IMG/VR virus record: IMGVR_UViG_3300013000_000010
Coordinates: 23,160-87,159 of that record
Strand: one strand, 5' to 3'
DNA length: 64,000 nt
DNA from: a virus
In this document: positions 45,428 through 55,324 of the stretch, piece after piece
Layout of the letters: each line of letters starts with the position of its first letter
Position numbering within the stretch: position 1 is the stretch's first letter
Made by a program: the position numbers and the translations under genes
The notes under the pieces: model-generated
Told to the model about the DNA's origin: nothing
The model's database searches: none
Seen by the model: the letters and a program-made list of their open reading frames with translations, nothing else

Positions 45428-45591
45428 TCCGACCTGCTGTTAGTCTTTCTCATTTGCTCTGTGAGCGTGTTATTCATCTGAATGGCGCGCCATAACGGCA
45501 GTGCGTCAACGTCACCGACTGGCTGGCGTGCGGTCAGCGTCAGGTTGTCAATGATGGTTAGCCATCCATTGAGGTGAAAATCGTGGAACAA
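45424..45591 (-). CDS. Hidden 55-aa ORF (TTG start or frameshift extension of the upstream chaperone)
   Basis: LFHDFHLNGWLTIIDNLTLTARQPVGDVDALPLWRAIQMNNTLTEQMRKTNSRSE; stop overlaps the sit start (ATGA). Confidence 0.5.
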   Translation of the reverse strand: MFHDFHLNGWLTIIDNLTLTARQPVGDVDALPLWRAIQMNNTLTEQMRKTNSRSE

Positions 45592-46366
45592 AAAATCCAG
45601 AGCGAAATGGGATAAACAGTTGAGTGGTATTCATCTGTTTATCCTCCTTTTCGCAAGCGACGGGCGGCAGAAGAAGCCGGACTTCACCGTGTGTGATTTG
45701 CATCAGCAAGCCGTGGCGCAGGTTGCGCTGCATTAACTGGATATGAGCCACCAGCGGCGCGAACTCGAGATCGGGAACCATGCTTTCCAGAATGTCGAAG
45801 CGACGATTTGCGGCCTCTTCAAAATCAGCTGGATCGTCATCCAGCGCGGTGCAAAGCGCGAACTCTGCAATACGCATGCGCATAATGGCGGTTTCATAAT
45901 CCGGCGCGTCAGCATCCGGCAGACCGGCGCGCATGCGCTCCAGCATTTCCTGCCCGCGCCCGGTCAAAGGCTTGAGCGTCCAATCAGTTGGTACGCCGTT
46001 TACCGGGACATTCACGCGCTCAACGGGCTCGATAGTTAGCAGCTCAACGGTCTCCGCCAGTTCACTCAGATCAAAGTCATAGGTGTGCAGTTCCTGACAG
46101 TGCTCACAGCTGTAGTGAAACGCCTCAAGGTTGTCAGCGCGGCTGTTGATCATGATCCACCACAGCGCTGTGCGTCGCTCCTGTGCGGTCCAGTCACGGC
46201 TGTCATTAATCGGACCTTCCTGCAGGGCATTCAGGTATTCCGTAACGCGCCGTTCGTCACCTAACACGTCGGGAGAGCAATATTTCAGGGCGTCTTTGAT
46301 CACCGGCTGTCGGAAGATGATTTCAGTGGCAGGGCGCGACGCCAGCGGCAGTGGAGGAATGATCAC
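45548..46366 (-). CDS. pmgB: Tail/baseplate assembly chaperone
   Basis: 272 aa; CEHC motif; directly upstream of the tape measure; symbol by synteny. Confidence 0.6.
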   Translation of the reverse strand: MIIPPLPLASRPATEIIFRQPVIKDALKYCSPDVLGDERRVTEYLNALQEGPINDSRDWTAQERRTALWWIMINSRADNLEAFHYSCEHCQELHTYDFDLSELAETVELLTIEPVERVNVPVNGVPTDWTLKPLTGRGQEMLERMRAGLPDADAPDYETAIMRMRIAEFALCTALDDDPADFEEAANRRFDILESMVPDLEFAPLVAHIQLMQRNLRHGLLMQITHGEVRLLLPPVACEKEDKQMNTTQLFIPFRSGFFVPRFSPQWMANHH

Positions 46367-46377
46367 AGTGTTGTCCT

Positions 46378-47100
46378 TCAGAATTTTATGAGGTTTGATG
46401 CGGATGATTGAACCTGGTTTGTAATTCCCCCTGTTACTCCTTTCAGCAGTCCGCTTGCGAGACTTCCGGCGCTGGTGTACTTCACAAATGTCACCGGAAT
46501 GGTGGCAAACTCGCCCACGGCATCGCGGGCGCGGGAGATCTCGCCGATCGTGGTGATAAAGCCTTTCATTTCCTCTTCAAGTGAGGTGCGGCCGTCCTGT
46601 GAGACACGGTAGATCCGGATGTTGAGCAGGTAGGCTGGCGGCAGATTAAAGGTGCCGTCTCCGTTATGGATCCGCGCACGGCGCTCCTTAAACTTCTGGA
46701 GAATTTCGCCATCCTCGTTATCACGAACGGTCATCGAGACAGAGCCCGCCGTGATGTGAGTGGGCTTCACGAACTCGTTACCGCCGATCAGTTTGCTTTC
46801 GGTCTCAACGTTGCCCGTGCTGTAGGTGATATCTTTCACGTACATGTCCACGCGGGAGAAGCCGTCTATCTCGATGTTCCACTGCCAGCCCTGCGCGTAC
46901 CGGATGCGCATAGCCAATTCGAGGATGGTTTTCGCGTTGGCCAGCTCAGGCGGCAGACCGGCATACGATGCGCCGGCGCCGCCGCTCATGGTGGCGGAGG
47001 CACGGGACAGGATGTTAGAGATCAGGTTGCTTCCAGCCTGTTTTGCCGTGCTGGCGGCAAAGCCTTTGATGTTCCCGGCCAGACCGTTAAAAAAGCTCAT
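46378..47100 (-). CDS. tub: Tail-tube-fold baseplate protein
   Basis: 240 aa; tube-like fold signature; symbol by synteny. Confidence 0.55.
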   Translation of the reverse strand: MSFFNGLAGNIKGFAASTAKQAGSNLISNILSRASATMSGGAGASYAGLPPELANAKTILELAMRIRYAQGWQWNIEIDGFSRVDMYVKDITYSTGNVETESKLIGGNEFVKPTHITAGSVSMTVRDNEDGEILQKFKERRARIHNGDGTFNLPPAYLLNIRIYRVSQDGRTSLEEEMKGFITTIGEISRARDAVGEFATIPVTFVKYTSAGSLASGLLKGVTGGITNQVQSSASNLIKF

Positions 47101-47109
47101 AGCGCCCCC

Positions 47110-47661
47110 TTACCAGGTGCTCATTGCGGGGATAATTGCCCGGCTGGCGGAGATCTGCATTTCCAGATCGGTTTTACGCTGGTGGAGCGTTGCCTCATCC
47201 GGCAGAAACGAGGCGTCGAACTTACCGGCGATGTGCAGGCGGCGCAGGCGCTCGACATTTGGAATGGCGATCAGCACTTCCAGGTAGTCTTCGAGCAGCC
47301 CGGTAATGTCTGCCGGTAGCTGTGTCTCTTCGTAGTCGCAGTCACGGATATTGCGGAAGTAGAGCAGGGTAAACGGCCATTTCTCGCGGCCAGTCAGCTC
47401 AAGCTCTATGGTTGAATCGTAGGGATCGGCATACACCAGCGCGCCATTGAAATCGTTCACGTTTACCAGTGACAGGTAATCAGACGGAAAAGGGAGGCTT
47501 GCGCCCCCCAGTTTCTCAATGCGTTTACGGCCTGGTACACCGGCCCGATCCTGATAGACGCCGAGAGCCTGGCGAAGAAGGCTGGTTAATAACGCCTCTT
47601 CATCCACCAGCAGCGTCGTGAAGCGCGCTTTCACGGCTTCAAGCAGTTCGACCGGCGTCAT
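47110..47661 (-). CDS. pmgC: Head-tail adaptor candidate
   Basis: 183 aa; symbol by synteny. Confidence 0.55.
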   Translation of the reverse strand: MTPVELLEAVKARFTTLLVDEEALLTSLLRQALGVYQDRAGVPGRKRIEKLGGASLPFPSDYLSLVNVNDFNGALVYADPYDSTIELELTGREKWPFTLLYFRNIRDCDYEETQLPADITGLLEDYLEVLIAIPNVERLRRLHIAGKFDASFLPDEATLHQRKTDLEMQISASRAIIPAMSTW

Positions 47662-47663
47662 GA

Positions 47664-48155
47664 TTATTCAGCCCAGTTGTAAACAACGCGCAGCGGCAGC
47701 TTCACGGCAGCAGTGGTGTCTTCAGAGCCAAAATCGACGGCATCTGAGTACACTTTGCAGTGCAGGTAGCTGCGTGTCAGGCCAGCGCTGTCGCCACCGT
47801 TCGACTCCGCTGCTGCAGCAAAGGTGATATCAACGTATTCCTTGTTGAGCACCATCTGGCGCACCGCTGCAAACACGTCACCTTTGATGGTTTCAACGCA
47901 GGTCATCTGGAACTCACCAGAGTTTTTCAGGGTGCCATGCTGGTTAAACTTCATGCCACCAGGTGCCACGTCTTCCACATCCTCACGGGCCATTTCTGGC
48001 AGCTGCGTGGTACGGATCAGGATCGACAGGTTCGGGTAGCCTTTAACGGTCATCCAGTACTCAGAGCCGATAAGTTTTTCGCCCGCGGCAAGGTTCTGGT
48101 TAAAGCGCTTTTTCAGAAAGGCAGTATCGGCTTTCGTGTTGGAAAATCCGGACAT
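47664..48155 (-). CDS. bplB: Tail tube protein
   Basis: RTTQLPEMAREDVED..PGGMKFNQHG and VYNW as in P1 BplB. Confidence 0.75.
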   Translation of the reverse strand: MSGFSNTKADTAFLKKRFNQNLAAGEKLIGSEYWMTVKGYPNLSILIRTTQLPEMAREDVEDVAPGGMKFNQHGTLKNSGEFQMTCVETIKGDVFAAVRQMVLNKEYVDITFAAAAESNGGDSAGLTRSYLHCKVYSDAVDFGSEDTTAAVKLPLRVVYNWAE

Positions 48156-48165
48156 AATTTGTTCC

Positions 48166-48756
48166 TCAGATAAACATATATGGAATATCAGACTGGTTCT
48201 GGACGCTCAGGCCAGAGCACTGGAGCGTGACGGTGTTGTGGGTGTAATGCCCTTCGGCAGTGCGGGGTGCGTCCAGCTGGTAGCCGACGTTTCGGATCAC
48301 CACATCCATCAGCTTCAGGCGACGGCCAACGTCCATGATCACGGGAAGAGGACGGCGGCCACCCGGCAGCGCAGCGTTCAATTCAGGGGAGGCCATCTGC
48401 TGCAGCGTCATGATTGCGTCCATCACTTCCACCTTCGCGTTCATCGTGGCCATCAGGTCTACAACGATGCTGAACTCAGGCGGCTGCTGGCCTTCCCAGA
48501 TAAGCAGGGAGTTGAAATCCGACTTTGATGTACTGCCGCTTACCGCCTGCACACCGCCCGCCAGCTTGCCGCCAGCAGCACTCACCGCACCGGCGACGCC
48601 GCCCAGCGAGTCATTGGCGAACGGGGATTCCCACATGGATTCAATGCTGGCTGTAGAGCCTTCCCCGATGTAGCCCACAACCATCGCCGTTTCTGACGTG
48701 ATATAGACTTTCAGGAAGGGGCTGACCCCATCTGGCATGATTGCACCGCAGATCAT
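48166..48756 (-). CDS. pmgG: Tube-initiator-like baseplate protein
   Basis: 196 aa; WESPF and LIWEGQQPPEF; synteny. Confidence 0.55.
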   Translation of the reverse strand: MICGAIMPDGVSPFLKVYITSETAMVVGYIGEGSTASIESMWESPFANDSLGGVAGAVSAAGGKLAGGVQAVSGSTSKSDFNSLLIWEGQQPPEFSIVVDLMATMNAKVEVMDAIMTLQQMASPELNAALPGGRRPLPVIMDVGRRLKLMDVVIRNVGYQLDAPRTAEGHYTHNTVTLQCSGLSVQNQSDIPYMFI

Positions 48757-48799
48757 CGCGCTATCCTCAATGCCGCCGGTCTTACCCGGCGGCTATCCC

Positions 48800-49510
48800 T
48801 TACAGGCCGCGCTTCTTACGCAGTTTCATCGACTTTTTACGGTGCGCATTTGCCATCGAGCTGTGCGCCTTCGTGCGGGCTTTTTTCAGCGCCTGCTTCT
48901 GAAGCGACGTCATGCGGCGCTTCTTCGGACGCTTGCGGATCAGCGTCACCTGGCCGTCACGCACAGCTTTGAAGGTGGCCGACTCAAGCATCGCTTCACC
49001 GCCTTCACCGCCAGCCACGGTGTAATCTGCGATCGCTTCATCGTCGTCAGCCAGGCCGGAAAGTGCCTCGAAAACGCTCTCAGCGGCGCTGTCATCGTCG
49101 TCGTCGATCATGCTGGTGACGTCATCCTGGTCTGCGCCCAGGGCTACAGCGGCGTTTGCCAGCTGGCCCAGCGCGTCGTTGAATGCGTCTACCTGCTCGT
49201 CATCCAGATCGTCGTCGTCAGACAGCGAATCCAGACCGGCCAGCACCAGCGCCAGCGCTTCAAAGCTGTCAGAATCGGCTTCGCCATCGGCCACCCAGCC
49301 CGCCAGCAGTGAAGCGGCTACGGAGCGGGCGTCTTCGCCGGCGCGACGCTCCACAGCCTCAAACATCGCCACATTGCGCGCAGATGCGGCGTTGCCTAAG
49401 CCCGCGCTTTCCAGCATGGAATCTTTAATGGCTGGCTCTCCAGCTGCAGCAGGTTTCTCGAATGCAGCACCCAGCAGGCCATGCGTTCTGTGATTAAAAA
49501 TGTTGTTCAT
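48800..49510 (-). CDS. Virion morphogenesis protein (gp21-like; start likely 49510)
   Basis: MLES/MFEA processing motifs, acidic core, basic tail; GAGG RBS before MNNIF. Confidence 0.7.
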   Translation of the reverse strand: MNNIFNHRTHGLLGAAFEKPAAAGEPAIKDSMLESAGLGNAASARNVAMFEAVERRAGEDARSVAASLLAGWVADGEADSDSFEALALVLAGLDSLSDDDDLDDEQVDAFNDALGQLANAAVALGADQDDVTSMIDDDDDSAAESVFEALSGLADDDEAIADYTVAGGEGGEAMLESATFKAVRDGQVTLIRKRPKKRRMTSLQKQALKKARTKAHSSMANAHRKKSMKLRKKRGL

Positions 49511-49521
49511 AATTTCCTCTG

Positions 49522-51099
49522 TTAACGGAACAGCGTTGGCTTGCCGACGATGCGGCGTGAAGATCCGGTAGGGCAGACAGACCAGGAGGCTTCCCACAGG
49601 TCGATATCTTTTTGCACCACGGAGACAACAAACGGCTCAGTGCCTTGCGTGACGTCACGCGGTTTAACCAGTGCCTCAGCGGCTACGAAGCGCTCCAGCA
49701 GATCGGTTAAGCCATCAGTCAGGCCTTTGAAGGTGATACCGTCCGGCTCATGCTTCAGCGCTTCTGCCACGTCATAAAAACCGCGTGCGATCGCGTTCAT
49801 CAGCGAACTGATGTGCTGCAGGCGCAGGTAGTTGTTTTTGGCGAACGTAGTCAGGGAGTCGTCGATATACATGTTCCCGGCTTTATCGAGGCTTACCGGA
49901 TTGATGCGCGCAGTCACAAAGGCCTCGCGGTCGATCTCGTCCAGATTCGGGATAGGCTTGATGTTCTGACGGTTGATGATTGCGCGCGACACGCCAGCAG
50001 GTGAGTAATGCCAGCCACCGACGTCGGAGACCAGCGCCACGCCTTTGGCTTTCGCCACAAACGCATCACAGGAGATCCCCCAGTTAACGTTGGTGCCGGT
50101 GAATGCGTCGCGTGCGGTGTACGGCCAGTAGTAACGTGCTGGCTGATGTGAACCGCCGAGCCCGTGGCCCTGCGCCTCCGCCATCGCCGCTGCAGACAGC
50201 TGCGCACCATGCACGTCGTAGAACATGTCGGTACGGGTGTCTTCCGCCAGCTTGACCAGCGCCGCGATCACGGTCGGGTCATAGCAGCCCAGCGACAGTA
50301 CAGCCGTCCAGGAGAACATGGATTTACGCAGAACCGTCAGGGCTTTGGTGTAGTCAGCCGTGGCAATAGCAGACAGATCGCCATCAATGCCGCCGCTAAA
50401 CTGCATATCGTCGAAGCCTTCAGTGATAGGCTGCATCAGCGTTTCAACGTCGTCCGATACGATAGCGCGAAGGCGGGTAGAGCCATTTTCCAGCGCGGTC
50501 GGCAGGAAGGCAGGCGAACCCATGTCGCTGGTGGCATTGGTGTTGAAAGAAATCTGATGGGATTCCAGCACTGACTCAACGCCAGCCGCGTCAACTTCCT
50601 TCAGCGTCAGGATGTAGAAGCCCGGTGCCGTTTTGTCAGCTTCCATGCTCAGAGTGCGATTTGCTGAGGCGTCGCCATCTTCGATGTAGATCATCGCTGC
50701 AGCGCCAGCCGCCAGAACCGGATCGGAAGACGGCGCAAAGTTGCTGGCCACCACGCTCAGCTCCTGCATGGTGGTATCAGCCATCAGGGACAGGGCAGGG
50801 ATCTTCATACCCGGCGCCGCCACACGGACCACATAACCATCACCGCCGTTAACGGCAGTCGCTACGTGGCGCAGCGGCTCAAATGCCGCACCGCTGCGCG
50901 GGTGAATGGCTTCGCCCAGCACCGCTTGATAGTTATCAGCCGTGACGCGCAGAACAGCGCCGATTTTGCCGCGGCGGGCAATAACCAGACCGGCAAAGAC
51001 GGACGCGCCGCCAGATGCAACGGAAGTCGTCGCATCAGCGTTGACTTCCTGCACCGCAATGCCGGACGCCTGGCCCACAGAAAAACGAATCTTATTCAT
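49522..51099 (-). CDS. Tail sheath protein gp22
   Basis: 525 aa; GWHYSPAGVSR and YIDDSLT sheath motifs. Confidence 0.9.
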   Translation of the reverse strand: MNKIRFSVGQASGIAVQEVNADATTSVASGGASVFAGLVIARRGKIGAVLRVTADNYQAVLGEAIHPRSGAAFEPLRHVATAVNGGDGYVVRVAAPGMKIPALSLMADTTMQELSVVASNFAPSSDPVLAAGAAAMIYIEDGDASANRTLSMEADKTAPGFYILTLKEVDAAGVESVLESHQISFNTNATSDMGSPAFLPTALENGSTRLRAIVSDDVETLMQPITEGFDDMQFSGGIDGDLSAIATADYTKALTVLRKSMFSWTAVLSLGCYDPTVIAALVKLAEDTRTDMFYDVHGAQLSAAAMAEAQGHGLGGSHQPARYYWPYTARDAFTGTNVNWGISCDAFVAKAKGVALVSDVGGWHYSPAGVSRAIINRQNIKPIPNLDEIDREAFVTARINPVSLDKAGNMYIDDSLTTFAKNNYLRLQHISSLMNAIARGFYDVAEALKHEPDGITFKGLTDGLTDLLERFVAAEALVKPRDVTQGTEPFVVSVVQKDIDLWEASWSVCPTGSSRRIVGKPTLFR

Positions 51100-51145
51100 G
51101 TGAAATGTCCATGAAATGCCCCCTTAACGGGGGCGTTAAGGGGGA

Positions 51146-52891
51146 TTAGCTGCCGGTGCCGGTGCCGGTGGCAGCTGCTTCAGGAGCGGTTTCGCCTTCG
51201 ATCTGCTTACCGGTCAGCATGTTGTAAGCGCCGACTTTGGTGTTGGTCAGGGTCAGCTTGGCGAAGTAGTTTTCACCATTGCGCGGGTGCAGCTCGTTAA
51301 GTGAAGAGCCCCAAAGCGTGGTGCGGTTGACCAGCGACGGGTTGGTTTCGTGGACATACGGAATGGCCGGAACTGCGTCACCCGCGATCAGGCCAGCGTC
51401 ACCGATAGAATCACCGCGGCCGTAGAAAAGAATGTCCTCTTTAGCCAGCGCCACGCCGTCTACCACGAACTGATCGCAGATAGCGGTAGGGACTTCGAAG
51501 ATCTGATAAATACCGAACAGGGTGCCGATACGCTGGATGTACGGTGACTGCACAAAGTTAGGATCAGCCTGGAAGACGTTAGCAGGCAGGCTCTTCAAGA
51601 AGTTCGCCGCCTCACCACCAGCGAAGCCGCCACGGATACCGGCCTTACGGGTACGGTTCACCATGTCAGTGCTCAGCTGGGTGATCGCGTGCTTCATCAG
51701 GCCTACCCACGATTCGTAGGTCTGGCCTTCCGGCAGTGCCACGTCAAATTCACGGTTATAGACGTTATGGAATGCCATCGTGCGCAGACGCATCATGTCC
51801 TGCTCATGGCTCAGCCAGTTACGCATAGCGGTAAACTGGGTAGACGACAGATTGATGCCAAATTCACGGCTCAAATCAGATGCGGCCATAACGGTGTGTT
51901 CAGACGCGATCACGAACTGCGATGGCTTAACGGTGAACTCACGCATGGACTGGTTGATAACCGGGATCAGGCCTGGTGCCTTCTCGACGTTGATCTCAAC
52001 CTGTGCCGCCAGCTCAGTACCCTTAGCCGGTGCATCGGTAAAGGTCACAGCAATGGTGCCTTTGTCGTAATCGACCTTACAGGTGGCCGCGAAAGCATTG
52101 CCTTTGACGTCTTTATCAGAGAAATACAGATTGCCGTCGCCGTCATCGACTTTGCCCGGACGACGGTTAATCAGCAGCTTGGCGCGGCCAGCGCGAATCG
52201 GCATATCAGCGCCTTCCACGGTCTTCATGGAGAAGGTGAAGGTTTTCTTGGTGCCGTCTGGCTGCATCGCAGCAGGGAACGGATACAGGCGTTTCATCTG
52301 CGAGTACACAGCAGCAGACTGCATGTGCATTTCGTCGCCCTGGTCAAAGCTGCCGAACTTTGTACCGGCGACGTTCAGGAGCTCGTAAATCTTCGCTTCA
52401 TCGCGCTCACACGGGACAAAGGTACATGCGTCGCTGGTGGCCGCGCCCAGTACAGCAGGCAGGATCAGAGCGGCAAACTGCGCCTGGCGCATTACACCAT
52501 CAGAAGTGCGCATGTCAGCCGCGACAGATTCAAACATCGCCTTGCCGTTGCCTTCGTGCTTCTCAGCCGCTGATTCAACCATCAGGTTTTCCAGCGCACG
52601 GCTGGCGTTCGCCAGCTGATCAGCTGGTGGATAGTGACCGTGACGCTCTTTGTACTCGATCATGCTCGACGCCCAGGCAGTGCCGACAATGCGGCAGAAC
52701 TCCGGGTTAACGCCTTCAAACATCGGATCCTGGCCTGCTGCAGCGCCAATGTTCCGTGACATTTCGACGCGATCGGTAATCATCGCGCCAGAAGCATTGC
52801 GCTGTGCATCAACGGTAAAAGCCATGACACGCGAAGCACGGGTCATGATGTCCTGCTCACGCATACGTGCAGGGGTAATATCTTTGCTCAC
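51146..52891 (-). CDS. Major capsid protein gp23
   Basis: 581 aa; MFES propeptide cleavage motif; adjacent to the sheath gene as in P1. Confidence 0.9.
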   Translation of the reverse strand: MSKDITPARMREQDIMTRASRVMAFTVDAQRNASGAMITDRVEMSRNIGAAAGQDPMFEGVNPEFCRIVGTAWASSMIEYKERHGHYPPADQLANASRALENLMVESAAEKHEGNGKAMFESVAADMRTSDGVMRQAQFAALILPAVLGAATSDACTFVPCERDEAKIYELLNVAGTKFGSFDQGDEMHMQSAAVYSQMKRLYPFPAAMQPDGTKKTFTFSMKTVEGADMPIRAGRAKLLINRRPGKVDDGDGNLYFSDKDVKGNAFAATCKVDYDKGTIAVTFTDAPAKGTELAAQVEINVEKAPGLIPVINQSMREFTVKPSQFVIASEHTVMAASDLSREFGINLSSTQFTAMRNWLSHEQDMMRLRTMAFHNVYNREFDVALPEGQTYESWVGLMKHAITQLSTDMVNRTRKAGIRGGFAGGEAANFLKSLPANVFQADPNFVQSPYIQRIGTLFGIYQIFEVPTAICDQFVVDGVALAKEDILFYGRGDSIGDAGLIAGDAVPAIPYVHETNPSLVNRTTLWGSSLNELHPRNGENYFAKLTLTNTKVGAYNMLTGKQIEGETAPEAAATGTGTGS

Positions 52892-52944
52892 AATTCAGCC
52901 CTTTTTTCAGGGCGCGGCTGCGAGGGAATTTTTGACGAGGCAAA

Positions 52945-52963
52945 TTTATGCGGTTTGTACTTT
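52945..52963 (-). promoter_or_regulatory. Late-promoter motif upstream of the capsid gene
   Basis: AAAGTACAAACCGCATAAA. Confidence 0.55.
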
Positions 52964-53060
52964 GCGGTGTGAGGGTGGCAAGAAAAGATTTTAAAATCTA
53001 AGGAAAATATTTATTTTTTGATGTACCTTTCCGCCATGTAATTGACCACTGGTAATCCTC

Positions 53061-53483
53061 ATGTCTTATAAGCTCTATTTTCAGTACGGTAACGGCACTA
53101 AATCGCACACCTTAGCAACCGGAAGCCAGCGCGACGCCCGTCACCATCTGGACTATCTGCTCAGCGAAAAAGAGCCACGTTCACTGGCTAAGCAGATCGT
53201 CATCATGTATGGCGCTGAAATCATCATGGAGGCATGCCCGACGTTAGAGGACGACGCTATCCGTGGCATGGCACGCTGGCGCAGGGCAGGCAATACGCAG
53301 CAGATGCACAACCCGGTAACAGCGTCCATTTACATGCCACTCGCGGCGCGTGAATTTCTGGTTAACCAGGGTGACGGTTCCCTGGCAGCGGGCATGCGTA
53401 AAATTATGCTGGAGATTGGCGGGCCGGAAGTGGCTGCGGGCTACATGGTAGAAAATCAGGGCGAAGCCATCGCTGAGGCATAA
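53061..53483 (+). CDS. UpfA-like hypothetical protein
   Basis: 140 aa; divergent from the capsid gene and convergent on the spanins. Confidence 0.65.
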   Translation: MSYKLYFQYGNGTKSHTLATGSQRDARHHLDYLLSEKEPRSLAKQIVIMYGAEIIMEACPTLEDDAIRGMARWRRAGNTQQMHNPVTASIYMPLAAREFLVNQGDGSLAAGMRKIMLEIGGPEVAAGYMVENQGEAIAEA

Positions 53484-53485
53484 AG

Positions 53486-53513
53486 AAAAACCGCCCTGAT
53501 GGGCGGTTTTTTT
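53486..53513. terminator. Bidirectional terminator
   Basis: AAAAA-CCGCCC-TGAT-GGGCGG-TTTTTTT. Confidence 0.85.
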
Positions 53514-53814
53514 ATAGCTTCTGATTATGATCGGAAATCAGGTCGTTTCGCCGGTTGCATTCATCCACTAATGTCAGTATTCGCGCCACATAAGCGGGTA
53601 ACTGGTCAGTGAATCCAGGTATGTTCTCATCCACCTGGCACGGCTGGTAGGCCTGCGCTTTTTGAGGCGGCAGCTCCACCAGTTTTGTAACCGTCACGAC
53701 TTCGGGTGTTAATGGCACGGGCTTTGTCCCGGAGCATGCGAATAACGCTGGCAGGCAAAGCAGTATGATTAACACCAGCAAGCAATATCGCACGGTTGAT
53801 CTCATCAATTTCAT
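53512..53814 (-). CDS. Outer-membrane spanin lipoprotein
   Basis: Signal peptide with lipobox LFAC; Pro-rich; overlaps the i-spanin 3' end in another frame. Confidence 0.8.
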   Translation of the reverse strand: MKLMRSTVRYCLLVLIILLCLPALFACSGTKPVPLTPEVVTVTKLVELPPQKAQAYQPCQVDENIPGFTDQLPAYVARILTLVDECNRRNDLISDHNQKL

Positions 53815-54151
53815 TCTGACTATCCTCTTTAATTTTCACTAATTCCTGCTCCAGCGCCGCCTGTTTCTGCGCGTATTCCTGCCGGTCTTTTTCCCGCTCA
53901 GCTAGGGTCCGCTGCAGCGTGGCCGTCTGCGCCTGTTGATCGGAAAGCGCGGTTTTCAGCGTGCTGTTATTGTCGGTGAGCCTTTTGTTGTTGGTGGTAA
54001 GCGTATCGTTAGCTGATTCCAGCTCCGCAACGTGCGCCAGGTGGTCCGTAACGGTCACGTAGCCCTTATGGCCCAGCAGCAGCAGAGCCGCGCATAGCGC
54101 CACGGCGACAGCGCGTTTAAGCCAGCCGGTGAAGGTGATTTCACTGAACAT
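53627..54151 (-). CDS. Inner-membrane spanin (start likely 54151)
   Basis: N-terminal TM followed by a long coiled coil. Confidence 0.8.
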   Translation of the reverse strand: MFSEITFTGWLKRAVAVALCAALLLLGHKGYVTVTDHLAHVAELESANDTLTTNNKRLTDNNSTLKTALSDQQAQTATLQRTLAEREKDRQEYAQKQAALEQELVKIKEDSQNEIDEINRAILLAGVNHTALPASVIRMLRDKARAINTRSRDGYKTGGAAASKSAGLPAVPGG

Positions 54152-54204
54152 GGTTATTCCTGTGTAAGCGCAGCCATGACGGCTGCGTGCATGAAAAAGG
54201 GCAA

Positions 54205-54489
54205 TCAGTTCACCTGGAATCCGGCATCGCCTGTTGCGACTGTCGATCCGCATGAAACCTGATCGTCAACGCACACAATGCCTTTGCCGTTAATGGTGAA
54301 CCACGGACGGCCAGAGACCGCCTTGCCGTTGTGAGTGCTTTTCCCGTCCGTGTGATCCTTAAACAGTTTGCCATCCACCAACACGGCCTTGCCGTTGATG
54401 GTTAGCCCCGCGTCAGCCTCAGCGGTCTGACGTGAAGGGAAGGCACCGTGTCCGGAACAAACGGAGTCCAGCGTACCGGCAGCAGGCAT
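54205..54489 (-). CDS. PAAR-like spike tip protein
   Basis: 94 aa; CSGHGAFP...TINGK...H..H...CG metal-binding pattern. Confidence 0.85.
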   Translation of the reverse strand: MPAAGTLDSVCSGHGAFPSRQTAEADAGLTINGKAVLVDGKLFKDHTDGKSTHNGKAVSGRPWFTINGKGIVCVDDQVSCGSTVATGDAGFQVN

Positions 54490-54516
54490 TAGCTGCCCCC
54501 GGCGCCAGAGCGCGTT

Positions 54517-54714
54517 TTACTGGTCATCAGGTATCAGCTCCAGATCCCAGCGACGGTAGTTAAGCGGGCAGGTGTAATGGGGATGCTTCAGCACATAGCG
54601 CTGTCCATCCTCCAGCCAGTCCACCCGGTCAACCACGCATATCGCCCCCTCAAACAGATTCCCACGCAGACGCACGCGAGAACCTTTGCGGATCGGCTTT
54701 TCGGCCGCGATCAT
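54517..54714 (-). CDS. Small SH3/KOW-like hypothetical protein
   Basis: 65 aa; coupled to the upstream gene. Confidence 0.55.
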   Translation of the reverse strand: MIAAEKPIRKGSRVRLRGNLFEGAICVVDRVDWLEDGQRYVLKHPHYTCPLNYRRWDLELIPDDQ

Positions 54715-55292
54715 TACGACTCCATCAGCTCGTAGAAATCATCCGGGATATCGCTGAAGGTTACGAACAGGCCCAGCCAGACAGCACGGCTGGCATCTGT
54801 GATGTAGCGCGACAGCTTGACGGTACTCAGTACCTTCTCAACCCATTTGGTCTGCGTCAGTTGGTCAGCCGGTGACATTGTGCTCCATACGTCGGTGGAC
54901 ATATCGCGCCCCAGGTTAAGCGCGTAGATCGCGGCCCACATGACCGGCATCAGATCGACGGTCGCAGGCTCGTCAGATAGTGAGTCCTTTACCTCCAGGT
55001 AGTACTCCGCTGTCGCAAGGCAGACATAGGTTGGGATCAGCAAATAGCGGTGTTCCGGACGCATGGCCATCATGCGCACGCGAGTATTCTCCGCCGTGGC
55101 GTTTGCCATCGTCTGCTCAATCATGGCGTTGCGAGAGGTGCGCTGGGATGGGGTAAGACGCCAGTACGGCGTTTCCATCAGGGTGCGCGTTTCACGCGAA
55201 TAGTCATATTCATAGGAAAATTGAGTGTCTTCGCGCATTGCCATATTCAGGTTATGGAATAGCTCAAAGTGCGTGGTCTTACGGTTGCTCAT
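54714..55292 (-). CDS. Hypothetical protein heading a late operon
   Basis: 192 aa; late-promoter motif upstream. Confidence 0.7.
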   Translation of the reverse strand: MSNRKTTHFELFHNLNMAMREDTQFSYEYDYSRETRTLMETPYWRLTPSQRTSRNAMIEQTMANATAENTRVRMMAMRPEHRYLLIPTYVCLATAEYYLEVKDSLSDEPATVDLMPVMWAAIYALNLGRDMSTDVWSTMSPADQLTQTKWVEKVLSTVKLSRYITDASRAVWLGLFVTFSDIPDDFYELMES

Positions 55293-55324
55293 AATTCATC
55301 CGATTGTGTAATTGGAGCGAGGAG

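Noticed and set aside
49511-49597. Extended starts in the ORF track (48800..49597, 53627..54253, 55410..55889, 56349..57254, 23940..24215)
   Set aside because: Downstream ATGs have better RBS sequences and avoid overlap with neighbouring genes
54205-54489. PAAR gene as evidence of a T6SS
   Set aside because: It lies in a phage late operon and no T6SS membrane or baseplate genes are present; it is the phage spike tip
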